DNA from: Bacteroidia bacterium
GTDB taxonomy: Bacteria; Bacteroidota; Bacteroidia; Bacteroidales; VadinHA17
Direction: 5' to 3'
NCBI GenBank assembly: GCA_026391215.1
Contig: JAPLDX010000048.1
Span: 1 to 64,000 of the forward strand
DNA length: 64,000 nt
Shown here: piece by piece, positions 30,585 through 45,500 of the stretch
Numbering within the stretch: the first letter of the stretch is position 1
Layout of the letters: every line of letters begins with the position of its first letter
Made by a program: the position numbers and the translations under genes
Notes under the pieces: generated by a model
Seen by the model: only the letters and a program-made list of their open reading frames with translations
Told to the model about the DNA's origin: nothing
Database searches by the model: none

Positions 30585-33500
30585 ATGAATAAAAATTTCC
30601 TGATAAAGCCGGCATTAATACTCCTGTGCATTATCATTAACATTGATTTGTTCCCCCAGACTTTTGTTGATACCGGCATAACGCTAACAGGAGTTCAACG
30701 GAGCTCATCTTCATGGTGCGATTATGACAGGGACGGAGATATGGATATTCTGATCACCGGAGACAATATATCAAAAATATACCGGAACGATGGGAGCAAT
30801 ACATTTAATGAACAGACCGGAATAGTCCTTGAAGGGATCTGGCAAGGATCCGTATCATGGGGCGATTATGATAATAATGGATACCCGGATATCCTGATGA
30901 CCGGATATAGCTCTTCCGGCACAATTTCAAAAGTATACCGCAACAATGGTGACAATACATTCACCGAACAGACCACCATAGTTCTGAAAGGAGTTGGTGA
31001 TAGTTCAACAGAATGGGGAGATTATGACAATGACGGAGATCAGGATATTCTATTGACAGGTAATGGATATTCAAGAATATACAGCAACAATGGCGATAAT
31101 ACCTTTACCTGGCAAACGAGTATCAGCCTTCAGGGCATTTCTGAAAGTTCTGTAGCATGGGGAGATTATGACAGGGATGGTGATCTTGATATTTTATTGA
31201 CCGGTGGGGATATTTCAAAAATATACCGGAACAATGGTAATAATACTTTTTCAGAACAAACCAGCATCAGCCTTATAGGAATTTCTTGTAGTTCAGTGGA
31301 CTGGGGCGACTATGATAATGATGGCTATCTGGATATTTTATTAACAGGAAACGACAATTCCGGGACTCCATTGTCCAAAATCTACCGCAATAATGGAGAT
31401 AACAGCTTCTCAGAACAAACCGATATAGGATTAACGGGAGTAAACTATGGCTCTGCAGTCTGGGGTGATTATAACAATGATGGTTATACGGATATCTTAT
31501 TAACTGGTTCTAATTACGGAGGACCAGTTTCCAAAGTATACAAGAACAATGGCAATAATACTTTTACTGAGCAGACAGACATTATACTTACTGCTGTCTA
31601 TAACAGCCGTGTTGCCTGGGGTGATTACAATAATGACGGGAAACTTGATATCCTGTTAACAGGCGATACCGGCAGCGTGACTGTATCTAAAATCTATCAA
31701 AATGCCATTGCGACAGCAAATACTGCACCGGCCGCACCGGCAGGATTATCTGCCACATCTGATGAAACATCAGTCACTCTTCAGTGGAGCAGTGTGACTG
31801 GTGACGCCACTCCTGCCGGAGGGATGAGCTACAATGTACGTGTGGGCACTTCTCCCGGGGGTAACGATGTGGTTTCACCAATGTCACTGACAGCGGGGTC
31901 ACACCTGCTGCCAGTAAACGGTAATGACGGATCAAATACTTCTTATGTCCTGAAAAATCCTCCAAAAGCCACCTTATACTGGAGCGTTCAGGCAATCGAT
32001 AACGGATTCCTGGGAGGTGCATTTGCTGATGAACAATCGCTCACGTATTCTGTATCATTGCAGGCTTCACATGTTTTTACAGATAGTATAAAGACATCAT
32101 CAGTAATACTGAACTGGACCAGGGGAAATGGTTCTGCCTGTGTGGTATTTGGTAAGAAAGGCAACAGTGGATCAGCTGCACCGGAGGATGGGACTACATA
32201 TACTCCTGATCCTGCGTTTGGCACTGGTTCGCAAATCGGATCAACCGGATGGTTTTGTGTGTACAGCGGAAATGGATCCAGTGTCAATGTTGTCGACCTG
32301 GAACCAGCAACATATTATGTTTTCCAGGTTATAGAGTTTCAGGCCGGACCGGCATATTATTTTACAACTGGGCAAGCCAATCCTATCACATTCCGCACAA
32401 CTACTTTTGTTGAACTGACCGGTGTTACACTTGAATCAGTAACCAACTGTTCATCAGCCTGGTGTGATTATGACAGAGATGGAGACCTGGATATCCTTTT
32501 GACTGGGAATGGAATTTCAAAAATATACCGGAACGACGGAAGCAATACATTCAATGAACAAACCGGTATTGTCCTGGAAGGAGTATCAAACAGCTCTGTC
32601 GCCTGGGGAGATTTTAATAATGATGGCTATCCGGATATACTTCTGACAGGGGATGGACCCGGCTATCCGGTTTCCAAAGTATACCGCAATAATGGCAATA
32701 ACACTTTTTCAGAGCAAACCAGCATAGTCCTCATAGGGGTAAGCAACAGTTCAGTAGCATGGTCAGATTATGACAACGATGGTGATCAGGATATTTTATT
32801 GACCGGGAATGGAAATTCAAGAATTTACAGCAACAATGGTGATAATACATTTACGTATCAGGCGGGAATCATTCTACGGAATGTAAACAGGGCAGCTGTC
32901 GACTGGGCTGATTATGACAGGGATGGCGATCTCGATATTTTATTAATCGGGTGGGGATGGACAAATATTTACCGGAATAATGGCAACAACACCTTTACTG
33001 ATCAAACCAGTATAAGCATTCAGGGAGTTAATGATGCTACAGCAGCCTGGGGTGACTATGATAACGATGGCTATCCGGATATTGTACTGGCCGGATGGGA
33101 TAATTCACAATGTATATCAAAAATCTATCACAACAATGGAGGCAATAGCTTTACAGAACTAACCGGTACAGCGCTGACTCCGGTATGCAACGGATCGGTT
33201 GACTGGGGCGACTTTGATAATGATGGCTACCTGGATATCCTATTGGCTGGCTGGGGTCCGGCAGGACCTGTTTCCATAATATACAGCAACAACGGCAATA
33301 GCACTTTTTCCGAGCAGACAGACATAAATCTTAAAGGTGTTGGCAGCAGCTCTGTATCCTGGGGTGACTATAATAATGACGGTAAGCTCGATATCCTGTT
33401 AACAGGCGATACCGGCAGCGGCTATGCATCCAAAATCTATCAGAATGCAACAGGAACCGCTAACATTGCACCGGCGGCACCTCCAGGATTATCTGCCACA

Positions 33501-36500
33501 GGTGTCCCAACATCCGTTGCATTTCAGTGGAGTGGTGTAACAGAAGATGCGACTCCTGCAGGGGGAATGAGTTATAATCTGCGCATCGGCACCTCTCCCG
33601 GGGGCAGCGACGTGATTTCTCCGATGTCACTTGTCGCCGGATCACATCTTTTACCGAATTACGGCAATGTGGGTTCAAGTGTATACTATACACTTAAAAA
33701 TCCACCGAAAGCAACTTTATACTGGAGCGTCCAGGCAGTAGACAATGGATTGATGGCAGGCGCATTTGCGGCCGAACAATCAATAGCCTTTTCCATATCA
33801 TTACAGGCCTCACGGGTTTTTGCCGACAGCATAATGCCATCTTCACTGAGATTGAATTGGACCCGTGGTAATGGTTCCGGCCGTGTGGTTTTTGCAAAGA
33901 AGGGTAACAGCGGAACTGCAACCCCGGAAAATGGAATGACTTATACTGCAAATACTTCCTTTGGCAGCGGTTCACAAATCGGGACAAGCGGGTGGTATTG
34001 TGTATATAATGGAACCGGATCAGGCGTTGAAATTACCGGATTGGAACCACTGACAAACTATATTTTCCAGGTAATTGAGTATGACGCAGGTAATATTTAT
34101 TTTACTGAAACCGGTCAGTCCAATCCTGTAGTAATACAGACTAATGCATTTATTGAACAGACAGATATACTCCTTCAGGGTATAAGTCACAGTTATTTAG
34201 CCTGGGGTGATTACGACAGGGACGGAGACCTCGATATCGTGCTGACGGGGGACGGAATGTCAAAAATATATCGCAATGAAGGGAGCAATACATTTACTGA
34301 GCAGGCTGGTATAATCCCGGAAACCATTAGTAACAGCACAGTTGCCTGGGGAGATTATGATAATGATGGTTATCCGGATATCCTCTTAACAGGAGATGGT
34401 CCATCGGGACCGGTTTCAAAAGTGTACCACAACAATGAGAACAATACATTTACTGTACAAACGAGCATAATCCTCCAGGGAATTAGCAATGGTGCAGCTG
34501 AATGGGGGGATTATGACAATGACGGGGACCAGGATATTTTACTCGTTGGCAACGGACATACCAGAATATATAGTAACAACGGCGATAATACTTTTACGTG
34601 GCAGGCTGGGATAACTATTCAGGGTGCTTCTGAAAGCTCTGCAGCCTGGGGTGATTGTGATAACGACGGAGACCTTGATGTTTTACTTACAGGGTGGAAC
34701 AGCGCGAGAATATTCCGCAACAACGGAGATAATACATTTATCGAAATTACCGGGCTCCCGCTGCATGGAGTATCCTGGGGTTCAGCCTCATGGGGCGATT
34801 ATGACAATGATGGCTGGCTCGATATCCTGCTGGCAGGAAACGGAAGTTCAAAAGTCTATCGTAATAACCATAACAATACTTTTTCTGAACAGACAGGAAT
34901 AACCATGGTGGGTACCTGGAACAGTTCAGCAGCATGGGGTGATTTTGATAACGACGGATACGCTGATATTTTGTTGACAGGCTGGGGACCTGACAAACAG
35001 ATATCCAAAGTTTACCGGAACAATGGCAATAACACCTTCTCTGAGCAGACTGGAATAACTCTTACCGGTATCAACAACGGCTCTGCAAGCTGGGGTGATT
35101 ACAATAATGACGGGAAGCTCGATATACTATTGTCAGGTGATATCCAGAATGGAGGAGTAACCAAAATATATCAAAATAATTATATAACGTCAAATGCTGC
35201 ACCTGCAGCACCAGCAGGATTATCAACCACCAGTAATGAAACATCCGTAACTCTTCAGTGGAACAAGGTTATCGGTGATGCAACACCTGCCGATGGAATG
35301 AGTTACAATGTGCGCATTGGTACCACTCCCGGAGGAAGTGATGTGGTTTCTCCATTATCATTGACATCAGGATCAAGACTGCTGCCGAAGCAGGGTAATG
35401 CACAGTCGAACACTTTTTATATTCTTAAGAATCCCCCAAAAACAACATTTTACTGGAGTATTCAGGCTATTGACAATGGATTAATGTCCGGGCCATTTGC
35501 TGCTGAACAATCGTTTACCTATTCTGTATCACTTCAGGCATCAAATGTCTTTGCAGACAGTATCAGGCTATCGTCAGTACAATTGAAATGGACCCGTGGC
35601 AATGGTTCTGCCTGTGCGGTTTTTGCAAAGAAAGCAAATACCGGAACTGCGGTACCCGTAAATAGCACCGTTTATACTGCAAATACTGTATTTGGAAGCG
35701 GCCAGCAAATTGCCACAAGCGGGTGGTATTGTGTCTACAACGGGACAGGATCAGGTGTAAAGGTCACGGGACTTGAAATATTGACGGATTATATCTTCCT
35801 TGTTATTGAATATGATGCCGGACCGGTATATTATGCAGAAACAGGAAACTCCAATCCAGCTGTTGTACAGACCAATGCATTTGAAGAACAAACAGGTATT
35901 GTTCTTCAGAATATGGGCAATACGGCAGGAGCCTGGGCTGATTACGATAAGGACGGAGACCCGGATATCCTGCTTACAGGAGACGGAATGTCAAGATTGT
36001 ACCTAAATAACGGAGACAATACATTCACCGAACAGGCTGGTATAATTCCGGATAACTTCAGCAGCAGTACAGTTGCATGGGGTGATTTTAATAATGATGG
36101 TTATCCGGATATCCTTATAACAGGGGACTGCCAATCAGGTCAGGTTTCCAGAGTGTACCGCAACAACGGAGACAATACATTTACCTGGCAAACCAGCATT
36201 GTCCTGCCTGGGATAAACAACGGTTCGACAGAATGGGGAGATTACGACAGCGACGGGGACCAGGATATCCTGCTGGCAGGGAATGGTTTTTCAAGAATAT
36301 ACAGCAACAATGGCGACAACACCTTTACATGGCAGTCGGGAATAAGCTTACCGGGGATTTCAAACGGCGCAGCAACCTGGGGCGATTATGACAACGACAG
36401 TGATCCCGATGTTTTATTAAGCGGGTGGGGATTTTCAAAAATATTCAGAAATAACGGAGACAGGACTTTTACCGAACAAACCGGCATCAGCCTCCAGGCA

Positions 36501-39500
36501 ACTAATGACGGAGCATCAGCAGCGTGGGGCGACTATGATAATGATGGTTACCTGGATATTCTATTGACCGGATTAAACAATTCTTCAGGTCAGATATCCA
36601 AAGTCTACCATAATAACGGAGACAATACCTTCACCGAACAAACTGGTATAATCCTGACAGGAATAAACAATGGCTCCTCAGCCTGGGGTGATTTTGACAA
36701 TGATGGTTTTGCGGATATCCTTTTATCCGGTTATACTGCTACCCGTCAAATTTCAAAAATATACCGGAACAATGGTGACGGTACTTTTTCGGAACAGACA
36801 GGAATAGTTCTTGCAGGTGCCGGGAACTGCATCGCAGCCTGGGGCGACTATAACAATGACGGGAAACTCGATATCCTGTTGTCAGGCGATTCGGGCTACG
36901 GAGGGATATCCAAAATATATAAGAATTCATATATAACATCCAATACCGCACCGGGGACACCATCGGGATTATCAGAAACAACCGGAGAAGCATCCATTAC
37001 TCTGCAGTGGGGCGATGTAACAGGCGATGCCACTACTGCAGAAGGAATGAGTTATAATGTGCGCATTGGCAACACTCCGGGAGGGAGTGAAGTGGTTTCA
37101 CCAATGTCGCTGGCATCTGGATCGCACCTGATACCGAGGCGTGGCAATGTCTGGTCAGGTACTTCATTTATACTGAAAAACCCTGCAAAAACCACTTTTT
37201 ACTGGAGTGTCCAGGCAGTTGACAACGGATTATTGGCAGGTGCATTTGCTGGTGAACAATCATTCAACTATTCAGTTTCACTGCAGGCTTCAAATGTGTT
37301 TGCTGATAGCATCAAACCATACTCAGTAAGATTAAACTGGACCAGGGGCAATGGTTCTGCCTGTGTTGTTCTTGCAAAGAAAGGCAACAGCGGAACAGCA
37401 ACTCCTGAAAATGGTATAATCTATACAGCGAATCCTGTATTTGGGAATGGTTCCCAAATTGGAACAAGCGGTTGGTACTGCATTTATAATGGAACAGGAT
37501 CAAGTGTAAAAGTCACTGGTCTCGAAGCATTGACTGATTATGTTTTTCAGGTTATTGAATATGATGCAGGACCATCATATTTCACTGAAACCGGGCAGGC
37601 CAATCCTGCTGTTGTTCAATCTAATGCATTTGAGGAGCAGACAGGTATAACTCTTCAGGGTGTAAATAACTCTTCGTCTGCATGGGCTGATTATGACAGG
37701 GACGGAGACCTGGATATTCTGCTGACGGGAGACGATGTGTCAAAAATATACAGGAATAATGGTAACAATACATTTACTGAACAGACCGGAATAATCCTGC
37801 AGGGAGTAAATAACAGTTCGGTGGCATGGGGCGATTATGATAATGATGGTTACCCGGATATCCTCTTGTCAGGCTGCAGTCCTTCAGGAGTAATTTCCAG
37901 GGTATACCGCAACAACGGCAACAATACATTCACTGAGCAGACAAGCATTGCCCTGCAGGGTGTGTGCAACGGTTCAGTGTCATGGGCAGATTATGACAAC
38001 GACGGAGATCCTGATATTTTATTGTCGGGAAGCGGTATTACAAGAATATACAGCAACAACGGAGATAATACATTTACGTGGCAGACAGGCATAGTTTTGC
38101 AAAACACTGATGGGAGCTCGGCAGCGTGGAGTGATTATGACAGGGATGGAGATCCTGATCTTTTACTGACCGGGTGGAATAATTCAAGAATATACCGTAA
38201 CAATGGCAATAATTTTTTTACTGATCAAACCGGCATAAGTCTTGAAACAATCAGTCAGGGTTCGGTAGCCTGGGGCGACTATGATAACGACGGTAATCCT
38301 GATATTTTATTGACAGGATATACCAATTCCTGGGTCCCTATATCCAAAATTTACCATAACAATGGCAATAACAGCTTCAGCGAACTTGCAGGTACATCAT
38401 TAACAGGAGTTGGCAATGGTTCAGTAGCCTGGGGTGATTTTGACAACGATGGTTATCCTGACATACTGTTAACCGGCTATGATCCAGCAGGAAAACAGAT
38501 TTCTAAAGTTTATCATAACAACGGTAACAGTACCTTTTCAGAACAGCCAGGCATTGTACTTAAAGGAGTGGGCCACGGCTCAGCAGCCTGGGGCGATTAC
38601 ACCAATGACGGGAAACTGGATTTTATGTTAACTGGCTATTCCGGTTACGGAGGCATATCCGGGATTTATCAGAACTTCATAACAACCTCCAATAGTGCAC
38701 CGGCTGCACCAACAGGATTGTCGGCCACAGGCACTGAGGCAGCTGTCACTTTTCAGTGGAGCGGAGTTTCAGGTGATGCCACCCCAACGGCAGGCATGAG
38801 TTACAATGTACGCATTGGTACGACACCCGGGGGAAGCGAAATAGTTTCTCCAATGTCGCTGACTTCCGGATCGCGTTTGCTGCCTGATCAGGGCAACGCC
38901 TGGTACAATACTCAGTTTATCTTAAAGAAACCTGAAATGGCAACCCTGTACTGGAGTGTACAGGCTATTGATAAAGGATTATTGTCCGGACCATTTTCTG
39001 CTGAGCAGACATTCACCTATTCCTTCCCTCTTCAGGCTTCAAATGTTTTTGCTGATAGCATTAATCCCTCATTCTTGAAGCTGAACTGGACAAGAGGCAA
39101 TGGTTCAGGCTGTTTAGTATTTGTGAAGAAAGGCGACAGCGGGTCAGCCATACCTGTAAACAGTACGGTGTATTTAGCCAATACTGTATTTGGCAGTGGT
39201 ACACAGATTGGCTCAACCGGGTGGTACTGTGTTTACAATGGAACAGGAGCCAGTGTCAGAATTATGGGGCTGGAACCTTTGACAAATTATGTTTATCATG
39301 TAATAGAGTTTGATACAGGGCCGTCATATTTTACTCAGACCGGACAAGCTAATCCGGTTATTATCCAGTCGAATGCATTTGCCGAACAGACCGATATAAT
39401 CCTCCAGGGAGTCAACAATAATTCAATAGCCTGGTGTGATTACGACAGGGACGGTGATCTTGATATTATCCTGACCGGAGACGGAATGACCAAAATATAC

Positions 39501-42500
39501 CGGAATGAGGGCGTCAATACATTTATTGAACAGACCACGATAGCATTACAGGGAGTAAGCAGCGGTTCTGTAGCCTGGGGCGACTATGATAATGATGGTT
39601 ACCCGGATATCCTGTTAACCGGGGATAGCCCTTCAGGTCCGGTTTCCAGAGTGTACCGTAATAATGGCAACAATACTTTTACTGATCAGGCCAGTATAGT
39701 CCTTATAGGAGTAAGCAACAGTTCGGTAGCCTGGGGTGATTACAATAATGACGGGAATCCTGATATCTTATTATCCGGGCATGACAAGGACAATAATGGA
39801 ATTTCCAGGATATACCGAAATAACGGAGATAATACTTTTACCTGGCAGGAAGGGATCAGCCTGTATGGAGTTTCTGAAAGCTCCGTAGCCTGGGGGGATT
39901 ATGATAACGACGGCGACCTGGATATTTTACTGACCGGTTGGAGCAGTTCAAGGATCTACTGCAATAACGGAGATAATACTTTTACTGAGCTCTCCGGGAT
40001 AACCCTGTACGGAGTCTCCTGGGGTTCTACAGCCTGGGGGGATTACGATAATGATGGTTACCTGGATATCCTTATGACGGGAAATGGAATTTCAAAAGTG
40101 TACAGGAATAGCCGGAACAATACTTTTTCTGAACAAACCGGCATAATCCTGCCTGCAATATGGCAGGGCAATGCAGTCTGGGGGGATTATGATAATGATG
40201 GTTATGCGGATATCCTGTTAACGGGTTATGCTTCAGCAGGGCATGTTTCCAAAGTTTACAGGAACAACGGTAACAACACTTTTACAGAGCAAACAGGAAT
40301 AGTTCTTAAGAATATCGGCAACGGCAATGCAGTCTGGGGTGATTACAATAATGACGGAAAGCTCGATATTCTTTTATCAGGTGATACAGGAAACGGAACA
40401 GTTACAAAAATATATCAGAACTCTCTTATTAGTTCCAATGCCGCCCCAGCAGCACCAGGAGGATTATCCGCAACAAGTAATGAAACATCAATAATTTTTA
40501 AGTGGAACCGTGTGACAGGAGATGCTACCCCTGCAAAAGGAATGAGTTACAATGTGCGCATCGGTACAACACCAGGAGGAAGCGATATGGTTGCACCAAT
40601 GTCACTGGCATCAGGTAAAAGACTGGTACCTGAGATGGGAAATGTCCAGTCAGATACTCTCTTTATACTTAAGAATCCTAAAAAAGGCACTTATTATGGG
40701 AGTGTCCAGGCTATCGATAACGGATTTTATCCAGGTGCATTTGCTGTGGAACAATCGATTACCTATTCTTATTCGGTACAAGCTTCATATATTCATGCTG
40801 ATAGCATAAAGGCTTTGGATATGATTATACGCTGGAACAGAGGTAACGGATCCGGCTGTGTTGTCTTTGCAAAGAAAGGAGATAGCGGATCAGCGGTTCC
40901 GGCAAACGGCACTACATATACTGCTGATCCGGTTTTTGGTAATGGATCACAGATTGGCGCCACAGGATGGTATTGTATTTATAACGGAACCGGGATCAAT
41001 GTTAAAGTGAGTGGGTTGGAACCGTTGGCCAGTTATATTTTCCATGTAATAGAGTTCGAAACAGGGCTATCATACTATACTCAAACAGGGCAGTTTAATC
41101 CTGCTGTTTTGAAAACGAACCTGTTTGCTGAACTTACCAGAACAATACTTCCTGGTATTGGAGGTCATTGTTCATCTGCCTGGGGCGATTATGACAGGGA
41201 TGGAGATCTGGATATTTTGTTGACAGGATACGGGATATCAAAGATATACCGCAATGATGGCAGCAATACATTTAATGAACAGACCGGTATAATTCTTGAA
41301 GGAGTATCAGCTTCCTCTGCGTCCTGGGGGGATTATGACAATGACGGATATCTTGATATTTTATTGACCGGGTGGTCAAATAATGGATATTCAATGTCCA
41401 AAATTTACCGCAATAATGGTGACAATACGTTTACCTGGCAAAGCAGTATTTCGCTTACCGGAGTAGTCAATGGTGCTGTAGCCTGGGGTGACTACGATAA
41501 TGACGGGGATCTTGATGTTTTGCTGACAGGCAGCAGATATTCAAAAATATACCGGAATAACGGTGATAATACTTTCACTGAACAGACAGCGATCTCATTA
41601 ACAGGAGTAGATTCAGGCACTGCTTCCTGGGGAGATTATGATAACGATGGTGATCTGGATATTTTAATGACAGGTCAGGCGGTGGCCAGTCCGGTTGCTA
41701 AAATCTTCCGAAACAATGGTGATAATACCTTTTCTGAGCAGACAGGCATTAACCTTGAGGGAATAAACGAAGGTTCAGCGAAATGGGGAGACTATGATAA
41801 CGACAGTTACCTGGATTTCTTTGTGGCAGGACAGGGACGCGCCAAATTATTCCACAATAATGGCAATAATACTTTTACTGAACAAACTGGTATAAGTATT
41901 CCTGGTATCAATCAAAGTTCAGCAACCTGGGGAGATTATGATAATGATGGCTTTATTGATATTTTATTGTCAGGGAATGAAAATACGGGTCTTACAGTAT
42001 CAAAAATATTCCGGAACAACGGCAATAAGACGTTTTCAGAACAAACAGACATTATTTTGCCTGGTGTCTCCCGCGGCTCAGTAGACTGGGGCGATTATGA
42101 TAATGACGGGAAACTGGATATCTTATTAACCGGTGATAGCAGAAATGGAAGTATATCCAAAATCTATAAGAATTATATTACAAAATCCAATGCCGCGCCG
42201 GCAGCGCCATCAGGATTGTCGGCCACCACTAACGAAACATCAGTAATTCTCAGGTGGAACAGGGTAACAGGTGATGAGACCCCCGCCAAAGGAATGAGTT
42301 ACAATGTACGCATCGGGACTTCTCCCGGAGGGAGCGATGTTGTTTCAACAATGTCACTGACCTCCGGATCACACTTGCTTTCAGGCATGGGTAATGCTCA
42401 GTGTGATACGATGTTTATCCTGAAATATCCTGATAAAGTCACTTATTACTGGAGCGTTCAGGCTATTGATAACGGACTAAAGCCAGGTCCTTTTGCTACT

Positions 42501-45500
42501 GAACAAACGATTATTTATTCAGTACGGTTGCAGGCTTCTCAGATCATTGCCAGTGACGTTCAGGCATCGCAACTATCACTTACCTGGAGAAGGGGAAATG
42601 GTTCTTCCTGCATGGTATTTGCAAAGAAAGGTGACACTGGTTCCCCGCTGCCATCAGACGGCATCACATATACATCTGATCCTGTGTTTGGCAACGGTTC
42701 ACAAATTGGCACATCTGGCTGGTACTGTGTTTATAACGGGACCTCAACTAACGTCAGTATTACCGGACTGGAGCCATTGACAAATTATATTTTCCAGGTA
42801 ATAGAGTATGAAACCGGTCCCTCATATTATACTCAATCAGGGCAGGCCAATCCTATTGTCGTTATGACAAATGTATTTGCTGAACAAACCAGTATAATCC
42901 TGCCGGGAGTTTCTAACAGTACAGTAGCATGGGGTGATTATGATAATGATGGTGATCTCGATATTTTACTGACAGGAGTTAAAATCAACAATGAAAGAAT
43001 TTCAAAGATACACCGGAATGATGGCAGTAATACTTTTGCCGAACAGACCGGCATAATTCTTCAGGGAGTCATGAATGGATCAGGAGACTGGGGCGATTAT
43101 GATAACGACGGAGATCTTGATATTTTACTTACAGGAGAAGGAATATCAAAAATATACCGGAACAACGGGAATAATACTTTTTCAGAACAAACTGGCATTA
43201 ACCTGCAGGGAGTTAGTGAGTCTTCAGTAGCATGGGCTGATTATGATAACGATGGATATCTCGATATTTTACTTTCGGGGAATAACACAAGCGGGATAGC
43301 CGTTACTAAAATCTATCGGAACAACGGGAATAATTCATTTACTGAACAGACAGGCATAACTCTGCCTGCAATCGGATACAGTGCACTGGCATGGGGTGAT
43401 TACGATAATGATGGGTATAAAGATATTTTGCTGGGTAATTCGAAAATATATAGGAACAACGGTAATAATACTTTTACTGAACAAACCAATATTAATCTAT
43501 ATGGGGTTGGTGAACCTTCGGTAGCATGGGGCGATTACGACAACGATGGATATCTGGATATTTTATTATCCGGAACTTCAAATCCCGAATCTGTATCTAA
43601 AATATATCGTAATAACGGGAACAATACTTTTTCTGAACAAACAGGTATCAACTTGAAGGGAATTAACCAGGGATCAGGCTGCTGGGGAGATTTTGATAAT
43701 GATGGTAATCTTGATATTTTGTTAACCGGAGGGGGATTCACAAAAATATATCACAACGAAGGAGACAATACTTTTACAGAATATCCCGACCTGGGTCAGT
43801 CAGGCCTTCAAAACAGTTCGGCCGCCTGGGGCGATTACAATAAGGATGGGAAACTGGATATTCTTTTATCAGGGCAATCTGCCAATGGTTATATTACAAA
43901 GATCTACCGCAATTTATCTGGCACATCCAATATAGCTCCGGAAGCCCCTGCAGAACTGTCATCAACCATAAATGAAACATCAGTAATTCTAAAATGGAAC
44001 AGGGTAACGGGTGATGCAACTCCTTCGAAGGGAATGAGTTATAATGTTCGCGTCGGCACTTCCCCCGGAGGCAGCAATGTTGTCTCCCCAATGTCGCTGG
44101 CATCAGGATCACGACTCCTTCAGAGTTTGGGCAATACCCACGCAGATTCTCTTTTTATTCTGAAGAATCCCAAAAAAACCACTTATTACTGGAGTGTCCA
44201 GGCAATTGATAATGGCTTTTTACCCGGCTTATTTGCTGCTGAGCAATCACTTACCTATTCCTTATCGGTGCAGGCCTCAAATGTCTTTGCCGACAGCATA
44301 AAACCATCATCGTTAAGACTGAACTGGACAAGAGGTAATGGCTCGGGATGCGTCGTATTCGCAAAGAATGACAACAGCGGTATGGCAGAACCTGTAAATG
44401 GTACAGCTTATTCTGCTAACCCTGTATTTGGTAACGGCACCCAGATTGGGACCAGCGGATGGTACTGCGTATACAGCGGAACTGGAATTTCTGTAAATGT
44501 CACAGGCATAACGACCACTGATAATTATATTTTCCACGTAATTGAGTTTGAATCAGGCCCCTCATATTATACCCAGACAGGGCAGGCCAATCCTTTTATT
44601 CTTCTTCCTTCTATACTTGCAGAGCAAACCGGGATAAACCTTCCGGCCATTGGAAACCGTTCCTCAGCTTCCTGGGGCGATTACGACAGGGATGGAGACC
44701 TGGATATATTACTGGCGGGAGATGGAATATCAAAGATCTATCAGAACGATGGCAATAATGTCTTTTCAGAGCAAACCGGTATAACCTTGCCGGGAATATG
44801 GCAGGGTTCTGCTGCATGGGGAGATTATGATAATGATGGTGATCTCGATATTCTGCTGACCGGTTACCATTCCTCAGTAAGAATATCTAAAGTATATAGG
44901 AATAATGGCAACAGCTCATTTACCGAGCAAACAGGCATAATACTGACAGGCGTAGGAAATAGTGCTGTAGCCTGGGCTGACTTTAATAGTGATGGGCTTC
45001 TGGATATTTCACTTACTGGTGATTGTCCCTATGGCTCAGTTACTCAAATATACCGCAATAATGGCAATAATTCCTTTACAGAGCAGCCCGGATTAAACAT
45101 CCTGGGAGTCAACAACGGATCAATTGAATGGGGTGATTATGATCATGATGGCGATCCCGATATCCTTTTAACAGGCAATAGTACAGAAGGCACAATTTCA
45201 AGAATCTACTCCAACAACGGTGATAATACTTTTACTTACCAGTCAGGTATTAATCTGACAGGAGTTGGAGAAGGTACAGCAAAATGGGGCGACTATGACA
45301 ACGACAGCAACCTGGATATTATACTTTCAGGAAACGGAATAACAAAAATATACCGTAACAACGGAAATAGTACTTTCTCTGAACAAACCGGCATAAGCCT
45401 CCAGGCAGTTCATCAGACTTCAATAGCCTGGGGTGATTATGACAATGATGGTTTTCCGGATATCTTTTTAACAGGGAATAATAATAGCTGGATCTCTGTA

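Noticed and set aside
30419-30679. 86-aa minus-strand ORF
   Set aside because: It overlaps the giant gene start, and its tail (GSWYMVYGT) is simply the translated heptamer repeat.
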